Shown piece by piece: positions 22,701 to 35,869 of a stretch of DNA of 64,000 nucleotides. A model generated the notes under the pieces. The model saw only the letters and a program-made list of their open reading frames with translations. It ran no database searches and had not been told where the DNA came from. The translations under genes were made by a program, and so were the position numbers. The stretch lies in NCBI GenBank assembly GCA_907165135.1, contig OU015567.1, positions 14,756,001 to 14,820,000 on the forward strand. Reading direction: 5' to 3'. The stretch comes from Oikopleura dioica (Eukaryota > Animalia > Chordata). The number at the start of each line of letters is the position of its first letter. The first letter of the stretch is position 1.

Positions 22701-23188
22701 ATCGCTCGTCTTTAGAGAGCCCGTTCAAGTCAAAGATGCCGTCCTTTTCGACTCTAAGCACAAGGAACTTCTCATAAATGCGTTGCAGATGGACACTTAC
22801 GAACCTCCTATGACTCAGGTACGAATTTACCAAAAGAGTTGTTTATAAAAATTATTCGGAAGATATATCTTTCTTGAAGTGTATTCAATAATCTTGAGAA
22901 AATCATCAATAACGTCCATTTTTAGCTGTTTTTCTTATAATTTTTCATTGATCAAATTTCGAAAAATTCATTTAGACTTCTGGATGGCTTTCTCTTTCCA
23001 AGCTGAACGGGTTGCGATCAGATTATCAAGTCAACTTTACGAAAGTCGAGCTCTACGACGATGACATCTACCTGATCCCAAGAAACGTAGTCCACCAATT
23101 CCGCTCAACAGCGGCCATTTCCTCGCTGGCCTGGCACCTGAGGTTGCAGAGGTTCGCAAATGAGAAGGACGGCTCGCCAGACAAATGA
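19752..23188 (+). CDS. RSBN1: RSBN1/RSBN1L (KDM9) family putative histone demethylase, multi-exon, with Ser/Lys-rich N-terminus
   Basis: LHPLGGGVSLHAHY, IFHGSAVKIPDPLEYFA, GPMREISLVG, LLPWGRL...SDDGPIWWIRPGEQ, AVGVLKAV, ELYDDDIYLIPRNVVHQFRS..AISSLAWHLRL all align to the RSBN1 conserved domain. Confidence 0.85.
22185..22330. mobile_element. Short family A MITE in an RSBN1 intron
   Basis: CTGGGCTCGCCATACTG ... AAACCTGAGTCAGG ... AAAGCCGCGCAGCGGCTTT ... GACTCAGGTTT ... CAGGTTGCAGGGCTCAG; flanks GCCACGAC / ACCGCGGC differ only by transitions. Confidence 0.8.
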
Positions 23189-23567
23189 GTTCATTCTACA
23201 GAAAGTCAAAACCTACTAGCTGTACTCAAATTAGAAGAAAGAAAAAGAAACCTTCGTTCGATCAGACAATGACCCGCTACGCTTCTATCTTATATTATCA
23301 AGACTTTTGAATTCAAAAAAGAACACTTCCAGGCATTTTACTCCAAAATCTGAAATCAACTTATTCTTTATTTTATTTTTTTGCAAATTTCCTCCCTAGA
23401 AAAAAGTCGCTTAAATTCCCTCCTCATTTATCCACTGCCCTGGTTTGCCTTTTCTCCCCCTTGGAAAATCCTCAAGGAAATCTTTTTACTATTCTTTAAA
23501 TCCGAAGCGGTGAAAATCAAGAAATTCTAAAGTTTTGGTGTTTTCAGACTCGCTCGGCTCATAAATC

Positions 23568-24135
23568 ATGGCTGCTGCTAAGAACGCCGCCAAGGCCGCC
23601 CTCAAGGGAAAGAACCAGCTCCGAAAGAAGAAGGTCCGAACCAACACCTCCTTCCGACGACCAAAGACCCTCTCTCTTCCCCGAAGCCCCAAGTTCAGTG
23701 TTCAAATTGATCATTTTGTTCTCTAGCGAAATACCGCATTTTCTCGAATTTCAATATTTTCCTGATAAATTTTTATAATTTTGAACACGACCGGAAGTGT
23801 CCACGAAAGTCTGTTAACAAGCAGCCTCGACTTGACCAGTTCTCGATCATCAAGCACCCCTTGACCACCGAGTCCGCCATGAAGAAGATCGAAGACAACA
23901 ACACCCTCGTCTTCATCGTTGACATCCTTGCCAACAAGCCCCAGATCAAGGCCGCTGTCAAGAAGATGTACGACGTCGAAATCCAGAAGGTTGCTATCGT
24001 GCGATTATAATTATGGTGAAGATTCTATTTCAGGTCAACACCCTCATCCGACCCGATGGCGCCAAGAAGGCCTACGTCAAGCTCGCTTCTGACTGCGATG
24101 CTCTCGACGTCGCCAACAAGATCGGAATCATCTAA
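23568..24135 (+). CDS. RPL23A: 60S ribosomal protein L23a (uL23), three exons
   Basis: [16 protein letters not shown] ... [26 protein letters not shown] ... [30 protein letters not shown]. Confidence 0.97.
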
Positions 24136-24230
24136 ATTCTGTTTAACGAATTTGAAAAATTGATCTCACGGTCTGTAGCCGCGCGAGCTTAAGATAGGTT
24201 TATTTAGACACTAAGTCGGCTTGAAACAAT

Positions 24231-24908
24231 ATGGCTTACGCCGCAGGAGCCAAGATTCTCAAGGATGCCGGCGAGCAGGCCACTGATTGCGAGAAGCAGC
24301 TCTCCGCCGCCCTCGTCGAGGTCGAGAACAACGCCGCTGCCGACCTCAAGGCTGTTCTCAAGGAGCTTTACTTCAAGGTGAATAGACGAGCAACGCCAGG
24401 GCTAGATTTTATAACTAGATTTTGTAGTCCGCCAAAGAATTCGAGGTTGGATCCGGCCGAAAGGCCATCGTCCTCTTCGTCCCCTTCCCACAGGTGAAGT
24501 CGTGGCAGAAGATCCACCAGAAGGTCGTCCGAGAGCTTGAGAAGAAGTTCTCTGGCAAGCACATCGTCATCCTCGCCCAGCGACGAATCCTCCCCAAGCC
24601 CACTCGAAAGACCCGAAACCAGAAGCAGAAGCGACCATTCAGCCGAACCCTCACCAACGTCCACGACAAAATCCTCGAGGATCTTTGCTACCCCGCTGAG
24701 ATCGTCGGTCGACGAACTCGAGTCCGACTCGATGCTTCCCGACTTCACAAGGTAATCTTCGTTTACTCGACTTTTGTAACGCCTATTCTAGGTCCAACTC
24801 GACAAGAACCAGCAGACCGAAGTTGAGCACAAATTGGACACTTACACCTCTGTGTACAAAAAGTTGACCGGTAAGGAAGTCGTCTTCGACTTCCCCGAGC
24901 AGCTGTAA
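24231..24908 (+). CDS. RPS7: 40S ribosomal protein S7 (eS7), three exons
   Basis: [60 protein letters not shown] ... [15 protein letters not shown]. Confidence 0.97.
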
Positions 24909-24993
24909 TTTGTTTCTGTTTTCCAGAACATGAGACTTTGCGGCTAAGCCAGTTGTCTGACCATTGGATTTGTTTAGAAACGGACCACTCGAA

Positions 24994-25551
<558 letters not shown>

Positions 25552-25636
25552 ATCTTTTAAGATCTGCATCTTTCACTGTCTCTAAAAGAATAAAACACCG
25601 AGAGACGGATATCTGTTTGATTGCGCTTCATTTAGT

Positions 25637-26034
25637 ATGTCTGATAAAAATGAGATCTCCCTGGAGGACGAGGTTCTAGACAAAGTTGTCAAATACAGAT
25701 GGCTTCTCTCAGTGCTGATGGGCCCTGTGTGGGGATTTCTAGGGCTCCAGGGGATCTTCGGAATCGCGTTGTATGGCCTTATCATAACGATGTTTTCGCT
25801 ATCGATTGTTCGCCAGACTGGGTGAGTTGTGAAACTCTTTATCTTATGACATCTATTGCTTTTTTTCTCAGTGAGGAGAACGTTGAAAAAGTTGGAGGAT
25901 TCACGGTCATCGCAAAGGAAGGAGGCATCACTGCCATGGGCGTTTTCATGGTGACCTGGGTAATAAACCGAAATCTATCCCATCTAAACAGAATTTTAAA
26001 GATATCCGTCCATACGATGCTTCAATCGAGCTAA
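25637..26034 (+). CDS. RAB5IF: RAB5IF / C20orf24 (EMC6-like) small membrane protein, three exons
   Basis: [34 protein letters not shown] ... [27 protein letters not shown] resembles RAB5IF (DEFLDVIYWFRQII..VIWG.LPLRGFLGIA..KEGFMTSFALFMVIWI). Confidence 0.75.
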
Positions 26035-26163
26035 AAGACCTCAACATGTATACATTTGAAGAAATTCTTCACATTAGACCTTTCATTTCCTTCTGATTCT
26101 AGTATCTTGCAATTAATCCGTGCCGCTTGCTTCAGCTCAAATTCTTGACCTACTAGTTTTAGC

Positions 26164-27050
26164 ATGGGCTTGCTCGATGAATGCGAAGAGCTCTTTGGCT
26201 CTGAAAATCTTTTTGAAATTTTCAAAATAGAGGAACCTAAGACCGCGACCGAGTCGCAAATCAAAAAGGCCTACTACAAACTCAGTCTCAAATACCATCC
26301 AGACAAGGCGAACGAAAATGAGAGAGAGGCTCATACGAAAAAGTTTCAAGTTCTCTCCAAGATTCATCAGATTTTGAGGTAAATTTGTCTCATACTATTG
26401 AAAGCATTACCCGCTTATAAGTGACAAGCAAAAACGAGAGCTTTACATTGAGACGGGCGAAATCGATGACGATGGACCTGGCCTTGATCCCGACTCAGAC
26501 TGGGTCGACTACTGGAGACAGCTCTACCCGAAAATTACGCTCGAACAGATCAATAAGTTCACAGAAGATTACCAAGGCTCCGAAGAAGAGCGAACTGATC
26601 TTTTGGATGCTTACAAAAAACACAAGGGAAAGATGGGCAAAATCATGGAGGAGATCCCCGCCTCCACTTTTGAAGACGAAGACCGTTTTGCGGAAATCAT
26701 CAAACAGGCGATCAAAGACAAGGAAGTGAAATCCTACAAGGCGTTTACAAACGAGTCCGCTGCATCAAAGAAGGAGCGTCGAGATGCTGCGCTAGAAGAA
26801 AAAGAAGAAGCCGAACAACATGCCAACGACCTTGGAATCGGAAAAACCAATAACACCGATGATCTGGCGGCGATGATTCTTGCTAGAGGAAAAGCGCGCA
26901 CATCATTCCTTGGTAAATTGTTCGAAATTTTCAATCGCCTCATCTGTTTTAGACGATCTTGAAGCGAAATACGCTCCCAAGCCTAAGAAGGGAAAGGCTG
27001 GCAAAGAGAACAAGGCAAAAGCCAAGAAGACCCGCGCCAAAAAGACATAA
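26164..27050 (+). CDS. DNAJC9: DnaJ homolog subfamily C member 9, three exons
   Basis: J domain with HPD (KKAYYKLSLKYHPDK), DWVDYWRQLYPKIT, YQGSEEERTDLLDAY, C-terminal FL/DDLEAKY. Confidence 0.9.
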
Positions 27051-27165
27051 TGAATTGTCATTTCTCACCTGCACTCACACATGTTAGAAAATTTTCAGTT
27101 ATCCACTGCCGTTATCACAGATTTTTAAAAAGTAGCTCAATTTTTGTACTTTTCAGGGATCGAGA

Positions 27166-30100
27166 ATGGCGGGTCGGACACAGCTGGCTCCAACCTTTCG
27201 GGATATCCTCGATGATTCGATCACAAAAGTTGCGGAAGTCTACTGGGCTCCGTACAATCAAAACAAGAAGGAATTCGACGTGAAAGTCATCGAACTCATT
27301 TATCAAAATGATCTGCTCCACACACGTTTTAACATCAAGCGAACCATGCTTCTTGAGTTCTCACAGTACCTAGAACGATATCTCTGGCCTAACTACAAGC
27401 CAGAAACCTCCAACTATGCTTATGTAATGTCAATCGCTGTCATGGTCAATGAAAAGTTCCGTGAGGCCGTTCCCGCTTGGGATTGTTTCCAAGACAATCC
27501 GAAGATGTTTGGTCATTTCTTCGAGCAAGTGATGAAAATGTTGCTTGACAATCGAAATGTCTCTCTTCTGGAAAGAATGATCTTGATCATCTTCCTTGAT
27601 CACGCGTTCAACTCTCTCGAAGTTGACTGCATCAGAGACGTTGTTCAGCAAACACTTCTATTATCCTCCTGGATCTCTTTGCACAAATCTCTACTGGATG
27701 AAAAGTTGAAGTCGAATGAAAAGCTGAAAAAATATTGGCGGGGCATCCAAAAGAAAGACAAAAAGCTTGACGAGATCGAACTCCAACGAGCGCATTTCTT
27801 CAGAACGTTCTTGAAGAGCCTCATCGAAAGCTATCTGCAGGTCCTTGAAGAGATCCCAGAAACTGGTGAAATCTCAAAAGATCACGTGTCGTACTGCGAA
27901 AGGTTCATGGAATTGATGGTTGACATGATTGCTCGGTTGCCCACTCGAAGATGGTTTCACTTGATTCTACAGTCGACGCATATGATCGCGCACTCTGATC
28001 TTTCAGCGCTTGCTCGTCGGCGCGAAGGTCTACTCTTCAATCAGCTCAAAGAGATGGTCAAGTTTTACGACACCTTCGAAGTCGATGACCTAAAAGGAAC
28101 AGCACTCACTGATCGCGAAAACAACGCCATCCATTACGACAGAATTCACGCTCTTCAGAAAGAAATCTTCAAGCGTTTTCCAGCCGAGGATCACCCTGAA
28201 CTGCGTCGATTCGCGTTGTCAAACGTAGGCAATGTTGATAAATCCGGACCACTTCGAAAGGCGCTTCAATTTATGCAAGAAGACGACCTTATCCATCTTG
28301 CTATCGGTCTCAATCTAATCCCAGAGTCAGTTGAAGAAGGTGAAATCGATCCTGTCTTTACGAAAGAGTTTTTGGTTCACTTGCTCGTCAACACTTACTC
28401 GCGGAGGCCACCAAAGCTCGACCAGTTCAACGCCCAGCCTCTCTACCCAACTGAAGATCTTCTTTGGGACGAAAACATAATGAACACCGAGTACTACACC
28501 GGTCTCCAGTGCCTCGCCCTCCCAAAACTTGGAATCCAGTTCCTTACCCTTCACGATTATTTGGTTCGAAACTACAATTTATTTCGTTTGGAGTCGACTT
28601 ACGAGATTAGGCTTGAGATCGAAGATCAAATCGCTCGCATGAAGCCGTGGCGTGGTGATGATGGAGCCTGTGTGTTCGGTGGTTGGGCTCGAATGTGCCT
28701 CCCTCTTCAGACATTTTCGATTGTTGAAGTTGCCCGACCTCTTCTTGGTGAAGTGAGACCAAGATCTGTCCGAGCTGATATTGTGATTGATGTCGATCTC
28801 CGACGAGACATGCGAAATGAGTGGGAAGGTCTGAAAAAGCACGATATCATTTTCCTGATGACTATCCGACCCAAGCTGCCATACGGAACACCATTCGATC
28901 GAACAGTGAACTTCCTCCACCAATATGGCGTTGAATATGTCAGAGGAGCCGAAGTCGAAGGTTATCTCGACGAAGAAGGCCGAGTCATCGAAGACTGGAT
29001 CGAAAAGCCTCATTTTGTTGGCAATCAGCGAACACTTCGAGTCTGGCTCGATACAAACCAGTACCACGCCGACATGACGAATACTCTTCAGAAAGGAAAC
29101 GAAGATGTCTACAAGACATTCAACTTGATGTTCCGCCGAAAACCAAAAGAAAATAACTTCAAGGCTGTGCTTGAAACTATCCGTGACCTGATGAATACAA
29201 AATGCGTCGTCCCTAGCTGGATTCAGAATATCCTTCTTGGATACGGTGATCCTGCGATGGCTCATTACACGAGAATGGAAAATCAAAAGCGTACACTTGA
29301 TTTTAGGGATACATTTTTGGATTGGCATCATCTCCGTGCTTCATTCCCAGACTACAAGGTTGAAATTGAAGGTGGCGAGGATCAACGTCATCAGTCACTT
29401 GATCCGCCGTACTTGCTCACATTCCCGCCTCAGAAGCCAGAGACCGATGACGAAGCTGTTACCATCTCTGTCAAGAGTTACACCAAGCCAAACAGAGGCC
29501 CTTATCCGCAATCTCAGCCGAAAACGAATTCCGTTCCTTTCACGCCAACTCAAATTGAAGCTATCCGCGCGGGAATGCAGCCAGGCCTCACGATGATCGT
29601 TGGTCCTCCAGGTACTGGAAAGACTGATGTCGCTGTTCAAATCATCTCAAACATCTACCACAACTTCCCTGACCAGCGAACGGTTATCGTCACTCATTCC
29701 AATCAGGCCTTGAATCAGCTTTTCGAAAAAATCATGCATTTGGATATTGATGAACGTCACTTGCTCCGTCTCGGCCATGGTGAAGAGATGTTGGAGACTG
29801 AGAAGGACTTCTCTCGATATGGAAGAGTTAACTACGTTCTCCAGCAGCGTCTTGCTCTATTGAAGGAGGTCAACAGAATGCAACAGAGCTTGGGAGTGCA
29901 GGGAGATGTCAGTTACACTTGTGAAACAGCTGGTCACTTTTACTTGTACCAAGTGCTTTCTCGCTGGGAGAAATTCGAAGATGACATCAAAAACTTCCAA
30001 GAAGCTGTCCTCGAAAAGAAGGAAGAGTTCTCAGGTAATTTATTATATTTGAGATATTTCAAATAATGGCTATTTTAGTATCCAAAATCGGCGATTCCTT

Positions 30101-31841
30101 CCCATTCCATGTGTTCTTTTCTAACGCTCCACAACCCCTGTTCAAGGGAGAAGACTGGGAAGAAGACATGGAGGTTGCAAATGGCTGCTGGTGGCACATC
30201 AAGAACATATTCGAACAACTCGAGGAGTTCCGAGCGTTTGAACTTCTCCGAACAGGCCTCGATCGAACTAGATACTTGCTAGTCAAAGAAGCTAAAATCA
30301 TTGCCATGACTTGTACTCACGCCGCACTCAAAGTAATGTCTTTTTTTTCGCGCAATGATTCACTCTTTTTTAAGCGAAAAGAACTCGTCGATTTAGGTTT
30401 CAAGTTCGACAACATCATTATGGAAGAGTCGGCCCAGATCTTGGAAATCGAGACTTTCATCCCTCTCTTGTTACAGAACCCCGAAGACGGCTTCAATCGA
30501 CTTAAACGATGGATTATGATTGGTGACCATCATCAGCTTCCACCTGTCATCAAAAATCAAGCGTTCCAAAAGTACTCAAATATGGAGCAATCCCTATTTA
30601 CGCGATTTGTCCGTCTTGGTGTGCCGATTATTCAGTTGGATATGCAAGGTTAAGCTTATTATCCTGATAAAAATCGAATTAAATGTAATTATTAGGTCGT
30701 GCACGACCCACTATCTGTGAATTATACAATTGGCGATACGAAAAGCTGGGCAATTTGCCTCATACTTCCACTTGGCCCGAGTTTAGAAAGGCGAATGCCG
30801 GCCTTGTTTGGGACTATCAGGTAATTAATAATAAATAATGATCACGCATCTGCTGATACAGTTCCATTACCACTATCTTTAAGCTCATTGATGTTGGCGA
30901 TTTCAACGGAGTGGGAGAATCCGAGCCTTCGCCATACTTCTATCAGAACTTGGCCGAAGCTGAATACATCGTCGCAACATTCATGTACATGCGACTTTGT
31001 GGGTATCCAGCTGAGAAGATCTCTATCCTGACCACTTACAACGGTCAGAAGCATCTCATCAGAGATGTCATCGAGAATCGATGTGCAAACAACCCAATGA
31101 TCGGTATTGAGCATTTTCCCTTTCGTCCCTCTCAAAATAAATTATTCAGGGCGACCAGCGAAGGTCACAACTGTTGATCGCTTCCAAGGTCAGCAGAATG
31201 ACTTCATTCTTCTTTCCCTCGTTAGAACAAAGACGGTTGGCCACATTCGAGATGTTCGACGACTTATCGTCGCCATGTCTCGTGCTCGTCTTGGTCTCTA
31301 CATCTTCGGAAGAATCGGTCTGTTCCAGAACTGCTTCGAACTTGGACCCTCTCTTAGACTTCTTACGGCTAGGCCGACCAATCTCATGGTTGCACCAGGT
31401 AAATGAACAGTACTTACCGAACGTATTAGCTCATCTTTTTCTTCAGAGGAAATCTATCCAGCTGTCAGACCGTTCGGAAAAGCTCCAAAAGAAAGACCGA
31501 TTTCCATCCCTGGTATGTCTGCGATGCACAAGTTGGTTTACAAGATGTACCTCGAGAAGATCGAAGCGATGGAGAAAGACAAAGATGAGATGCTCAAGTT
31601 GATCGCCGATCCGAACGACGAGTTCGAAGACGAAGGGGAGGAAGGAGACGAAGAAGCTGGCGAGGAAAACGGCGACACTAACATGGCAACTGGCGAAGCT
31701 GATGGTAGAAAGATACTATTTTGTGTTCGTATTCAACCCTTTTTAGAAGTCATCCAAAACGAGGTAGAAGAACCGATCCCAAAGAAGCACCAAAAACCTG
31801 CTGAAGCTGCCGAAACAGCTGAGAAAATGGATGAGAGTTAA
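27166..31841 (+). CDS. AQR: RNA helicase aquarius (intron-binding spliceosomal SF1 helicase)
   Basis: ~2.87-kb first exon; [33 protein letters not shown], Walker [49 protein letters not shown]. Confidence 0.97.
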
Positions 31842-34684
31842 ATTACTCATCAAAAATAGGAAAATTATGAACTGCCCTTTTACACGACCCCTTCATACCC
31901 CTTTCTGCACACTGCCTCACTATTTCACTGTACTGATCTGATAAAAACTGATCCAGTGACTATTCATTCTTTCATTCTAACAGCGCGAGTTTTTGTTTTG
32001 CTCAAGGCTCGAACTGTTAGAGCGGGCTGTTTCAGGGGAAATGGGTTTGTCTGAAAACAATAAATAAACAAAAAACACAGTTTAGAATGAACGGACAATG
32101 AGGTTTCTTTAAAATGAACTAACTGCCAAAAAGACGTACAGTAGATTTGTCTTTATTTCTAATACTGCTATTATAATAATTTCAGAACTGTTATTTATGA
32201 GCTGTGACAATAAACTAAACTATTGATATATTTTCAAAGCCAAATAAGCGGGAAGCTTCCACTTCTTAGACTCTGAAGTAGAAAAATGTTAACCCTCCGA
32301 TTTGCTGTCCGTATTGTACTATGTTGAATCATAAATTTGTCCTCGGCAAATAACGGCTCCGCTTCCCAAGATTTACGTTTAATGCTCCTTGCGCGATCGG
32401 GAACAACACTACGCAACTTTATGAGAACGGTGAAAGCAATAACGTACGACTCCTTCGGGGGCCCCGACGTGCTCAAAGTCGGCGAACGCGATCTTGGGGA
32501 GCTGCGGCCGAAAGATGTTAGAATTAAAGTAGCGTATTCTGCGCTCAACAGAGCAGATCTTTTGCAAGTCGCAGGTCGATATCCCAATCAGAAAGCACCA
32601 CTTCCTCTTGGGCTTGAAGCAGCTGGGGAGATTGAGTCTGTAGGAGAGAATGTCGAGGGACTGAAAGTAGGGGATAGAGTAATGGCGCTGCTAAACGGCG
32701 GGGGCTATGCTGAGATGGTTGATGTCCCCTCTGGGATGTGTATGAAACTTCCTGAAGAAATTCCGACAGAAAAGGGGGCTGCTATTCCAGAAACATTTCT
32801 GTTTGGGTTCGAATTTCTAACTATTAAGTTATTTTTATCATCTTCTAATTTTATCGACTCGATCTTGAACCCTTTGTCTCGACAGCCTATCAGCTCCTGC
32901 ACTGGGTGGGAACGACACAAGAGGGAGCTAAAGTGTTAATTCACGGCGCAGGCTCTGGTGTTGGGACGAGCGCGATTCAGCTCGCTAAACTGAACAAGAA
33001 CAACATTTACGCGACTGCGGGTGCTGAGGTGAGTCGTTCAGATCTGAGGTCAGTCAGATACTGACCTGGTTCGAGCTGATAATCCCGCACCTTTCAGTCC
33101 AAATTGGAGAAAGCCACAGAGCTCGGGGCCGCGAAAACCCTCAATTACAAAGAGAATGATTTTGGAGAGCAGTGGGCCGCGGAGAAAATTGATGTCATTC
33201 TCGATTGCGTTGGGGGTGATTACTGGAAGAAAAACATGAAGGTTAAATTCATCGTAAAATATCTTATTGTGAAACTTGAATAGGTCCTTGGAATGGACGG
33301 TGTCGTTGTTCTGTATGGTCTTATGGGTGGAGTGAATGTGGATGGCCCTCTGCTGGCAATGATTTTGGGTAAATTTAAAAATCTTACAATATTTCGCACT
33401 CAATCAAAATGAAAATCGATGATTGTCCTCAATCTTCTGAGTTATTATCGCGGTAATCAACTTTTCTCCCTTAGGGAAACGAGCACAAATCAGAGGAACA
33501 ACACTCATGAGTCGCTCAGAGGATTATAAGACGAAGTTAGGAAAGGGTGAATTTTGAAGAGGATGTTTGCTGAGGCAGTCTCGATAGATAACATTATAAT
33601 CAGGATTTTTCCATATGAATATCACCCGTGAAAAGTTTGTGAATTTTGGAATGCAACGAACACCCATTTTGTCAACGGCTCCATCTCTCCCGTGATCGAT
33701 TCTGTCTACGACATGACTAGGGTCTACGCGCAAAAAATGGGCTACCTCTTCCGCTTATTTTCACGGAAATCCAATTGTACCATATTTTAGAGCATCCCCG
33801 AATTAGTATAAATCGGTTTTAAAAAGAAAAAAAAATCGAGTTTTTCAACCCTTTTTCTCATGTCAAAGTTCCCAAATTCTGGTGTTTTTCAGTTTTTGGC
33901 ACCGGAAGTGGGTCGCACCCCTATAAAGTACCCTTTTTTTTGTTCTCTGATAATAGCTTACCGTCTGTTGCATCTATATCAGCAAAAAAACTCGTATCGG
34001 GTACCTAGTGCAAGATGAGATTTTTAAGTCGGAAGTTCCTCCGGAAGCACTAAAAATGCCGAAATTCGCTCTACTTCTCTGAACTTGGGATTTCTTGAAT
34101 GGATAACCCCTGCAACTTATCAGAATTGGTCTTACCAAGACTTATCTAACCGAACCAGGGCCCAACCAGCCGGTAACCGCGGCCCAACCAGCCGGTTTTC
34201 TTCAAGAATCATCGAGTGAACCATAATAATGTATGTTTTTTGAATATTGATCAATGGACGATCATTTTGCTCGGCCAGTAAATGGTCACTTATGGTCAAC
34301 TTTGGTCTTGTTCGGCCGGAGGATCCCGGAGGACCTCCCTGGTGGAAGACCATCCGCTGGAAGACCAATATTCATAATATTCAATATATGGCCGCGCTCG
34401 GTCAGTATATGGCCACCTTTGGTCATCATTGGTCATGTTCGGCCGGAGGACCCCGGAGGACCTCCCTGGTGGAAGACCATTAGATGGAAGACCAAAATTA
34501 AATAATAAAATAAAATGCCTTGCTGGGCTAAAAATTGACAATTTAGGCAATTTTTGGTCACTTTATGCTGGAGGACCCCTGGAGGACCCCTTTTGTCGGA
34601 TGACAATCAACTGGAAGACCAACCTTTAAAAAAAATAAAAATCAACCAAAGTCAATTCAGGTAGCGACGCCCATTTTTTTTAAA

Positions 34685-35620
34685 TCAGTGTCAGGGCGAA
34701 GCCGACCCGAAGGGAAGGCCACGCTCGTTCATTCTTTTCAATCTGAGTCAGGGCGAAGCCGACCCGAAGGGAAGGCCACGCTCGTTCATTCTTTTCAATC
34801 AATGTCAGGGCGAAGCCGACCAGAAGGGAAGGCCAAGCTCGTTCATTCTTTTCAATCAATGTCAGGGCGAAGCCGACCCGAAGGGGAGGCCACGCCCGAT
34901 TATTCTTTTCAATCAGTGTCAGGGCGAAGCCGACCCGAAGGGGAGGCCACGCCCGATTATTCTTTTCAATCGGTGTCAGGGAGAAGCCGACCCGAAGGGG
35001 AGGCCAAGCTCGTTCATTCTTTTCAATCAGTGTCAGGGCGAAGCCGACCCGAAGGGGAGGACACGCTCGTTCATTCTTTTAAATCAGAGTCAGGGCGAAG
35101 CCGACCCGAAAGGGAGGCCAGGCCCGATTATTCTTTTCGATCAGTGTCAGGGCGAAGCCGACCCGAAGGGGAGGCCATGCCCGATTTTTCTTTTCAGTCA
35201 GAGTCAGGGCGAAGCCGACCCGAAGGGGAGGCCACGCCCGTTTATTCTTTTCAATCGGTGTCAGGGCAAAGCCGACCCGAAGGGGAGGCCAAGCTCGATC
35301 ATTCTTTTCAATCAGTGTCAGGGCGAAGCCGACCCGAAGGGGAGGACACGCTCGTTCATTCTTTACAATCAGAGTCAGGGCGAAGCCGACCCGAAGGGGA
35401 GGCCAGGCCCGATTATTCTTTTCGATCAGTGTCAGAGCGAAGCCGACCCGAACGGAAGGCCACACCTGATTATTCTTTTCAATAAGAGTTAGGGCGAAGC
35501 CGAACCGAAGAGAAGGCCACGCCCGATTCTTCTTTTAAATCAGTGTCAGGGCGAAGCCGACCAGAAGGGGAGGCCACGCCTGTTCATTCTTTAAATCAGG
35601 GTTTGGGCGAAGCCGACCGG
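34685..35620 (+). repeat. Tandem array of ~16-17 57-bp units (left inner arm of the foldback)
   Basis: Unit consensus TCAGTGTCAGGGCGAAGCCGACCCGAAGGGGAGGCCACGCCCGATTATTCTTTTCAA. Confidence 0.9.
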
Positions 35621-35869
35621 AAGAGAATCTCATTTGATCCATCTTATTAAGTCTGAGGTAAAGCAAGGCTTGTCTCTAAAAATATTTCAAGTTCACGAAT
35701 TTTTTTAGATTTTCCAAATAACTTCGTCTCCAAACTCATTCGGAAGGTTTCCTACGGATTCAATATTCGGGATTTAAGAGAGTTTAAAAATTCAACAAGA
35801 CAAAAGCGCAACAGAAAACGGTCCTTTTTGCCCTGACTCTGACTGAGAAGGATGATCCAACATGGCCTC

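Noticed and set aside
23698-23788. C/D snoRNA in RPL23A intron 1
   Set aside because: A terminal stem and a CTGA are present, but box C is poor (TTGATCA) and I could not recognise an rRNA-complementary guide; an Infernal or snoscan run would be needed.
24920-24975. Possible snoRNA between RPS7 and RPS18 (ATGAGA...CTGA)
   Set aside because: The boxes are only ~30 nt apart, too short for a C/D snoRNA.
28579-29331. 250-aa antisense ORF over AQR, and similar antisense ORFs over RPS7, RPS18 and cathepsin B
   Set aside because: Shadow ORFs expected from biased codon usage on the sense strand; they start at non-ATG codons or show no recognisable motifs.
32800-32885. Apparent missing GT donor in the PIG3-like gene
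   Set aside because: Explained by a GG-AG intron (TTT G|GGTTCG ... GACAG|CC TAT), a donor class already known in Oikopleura.
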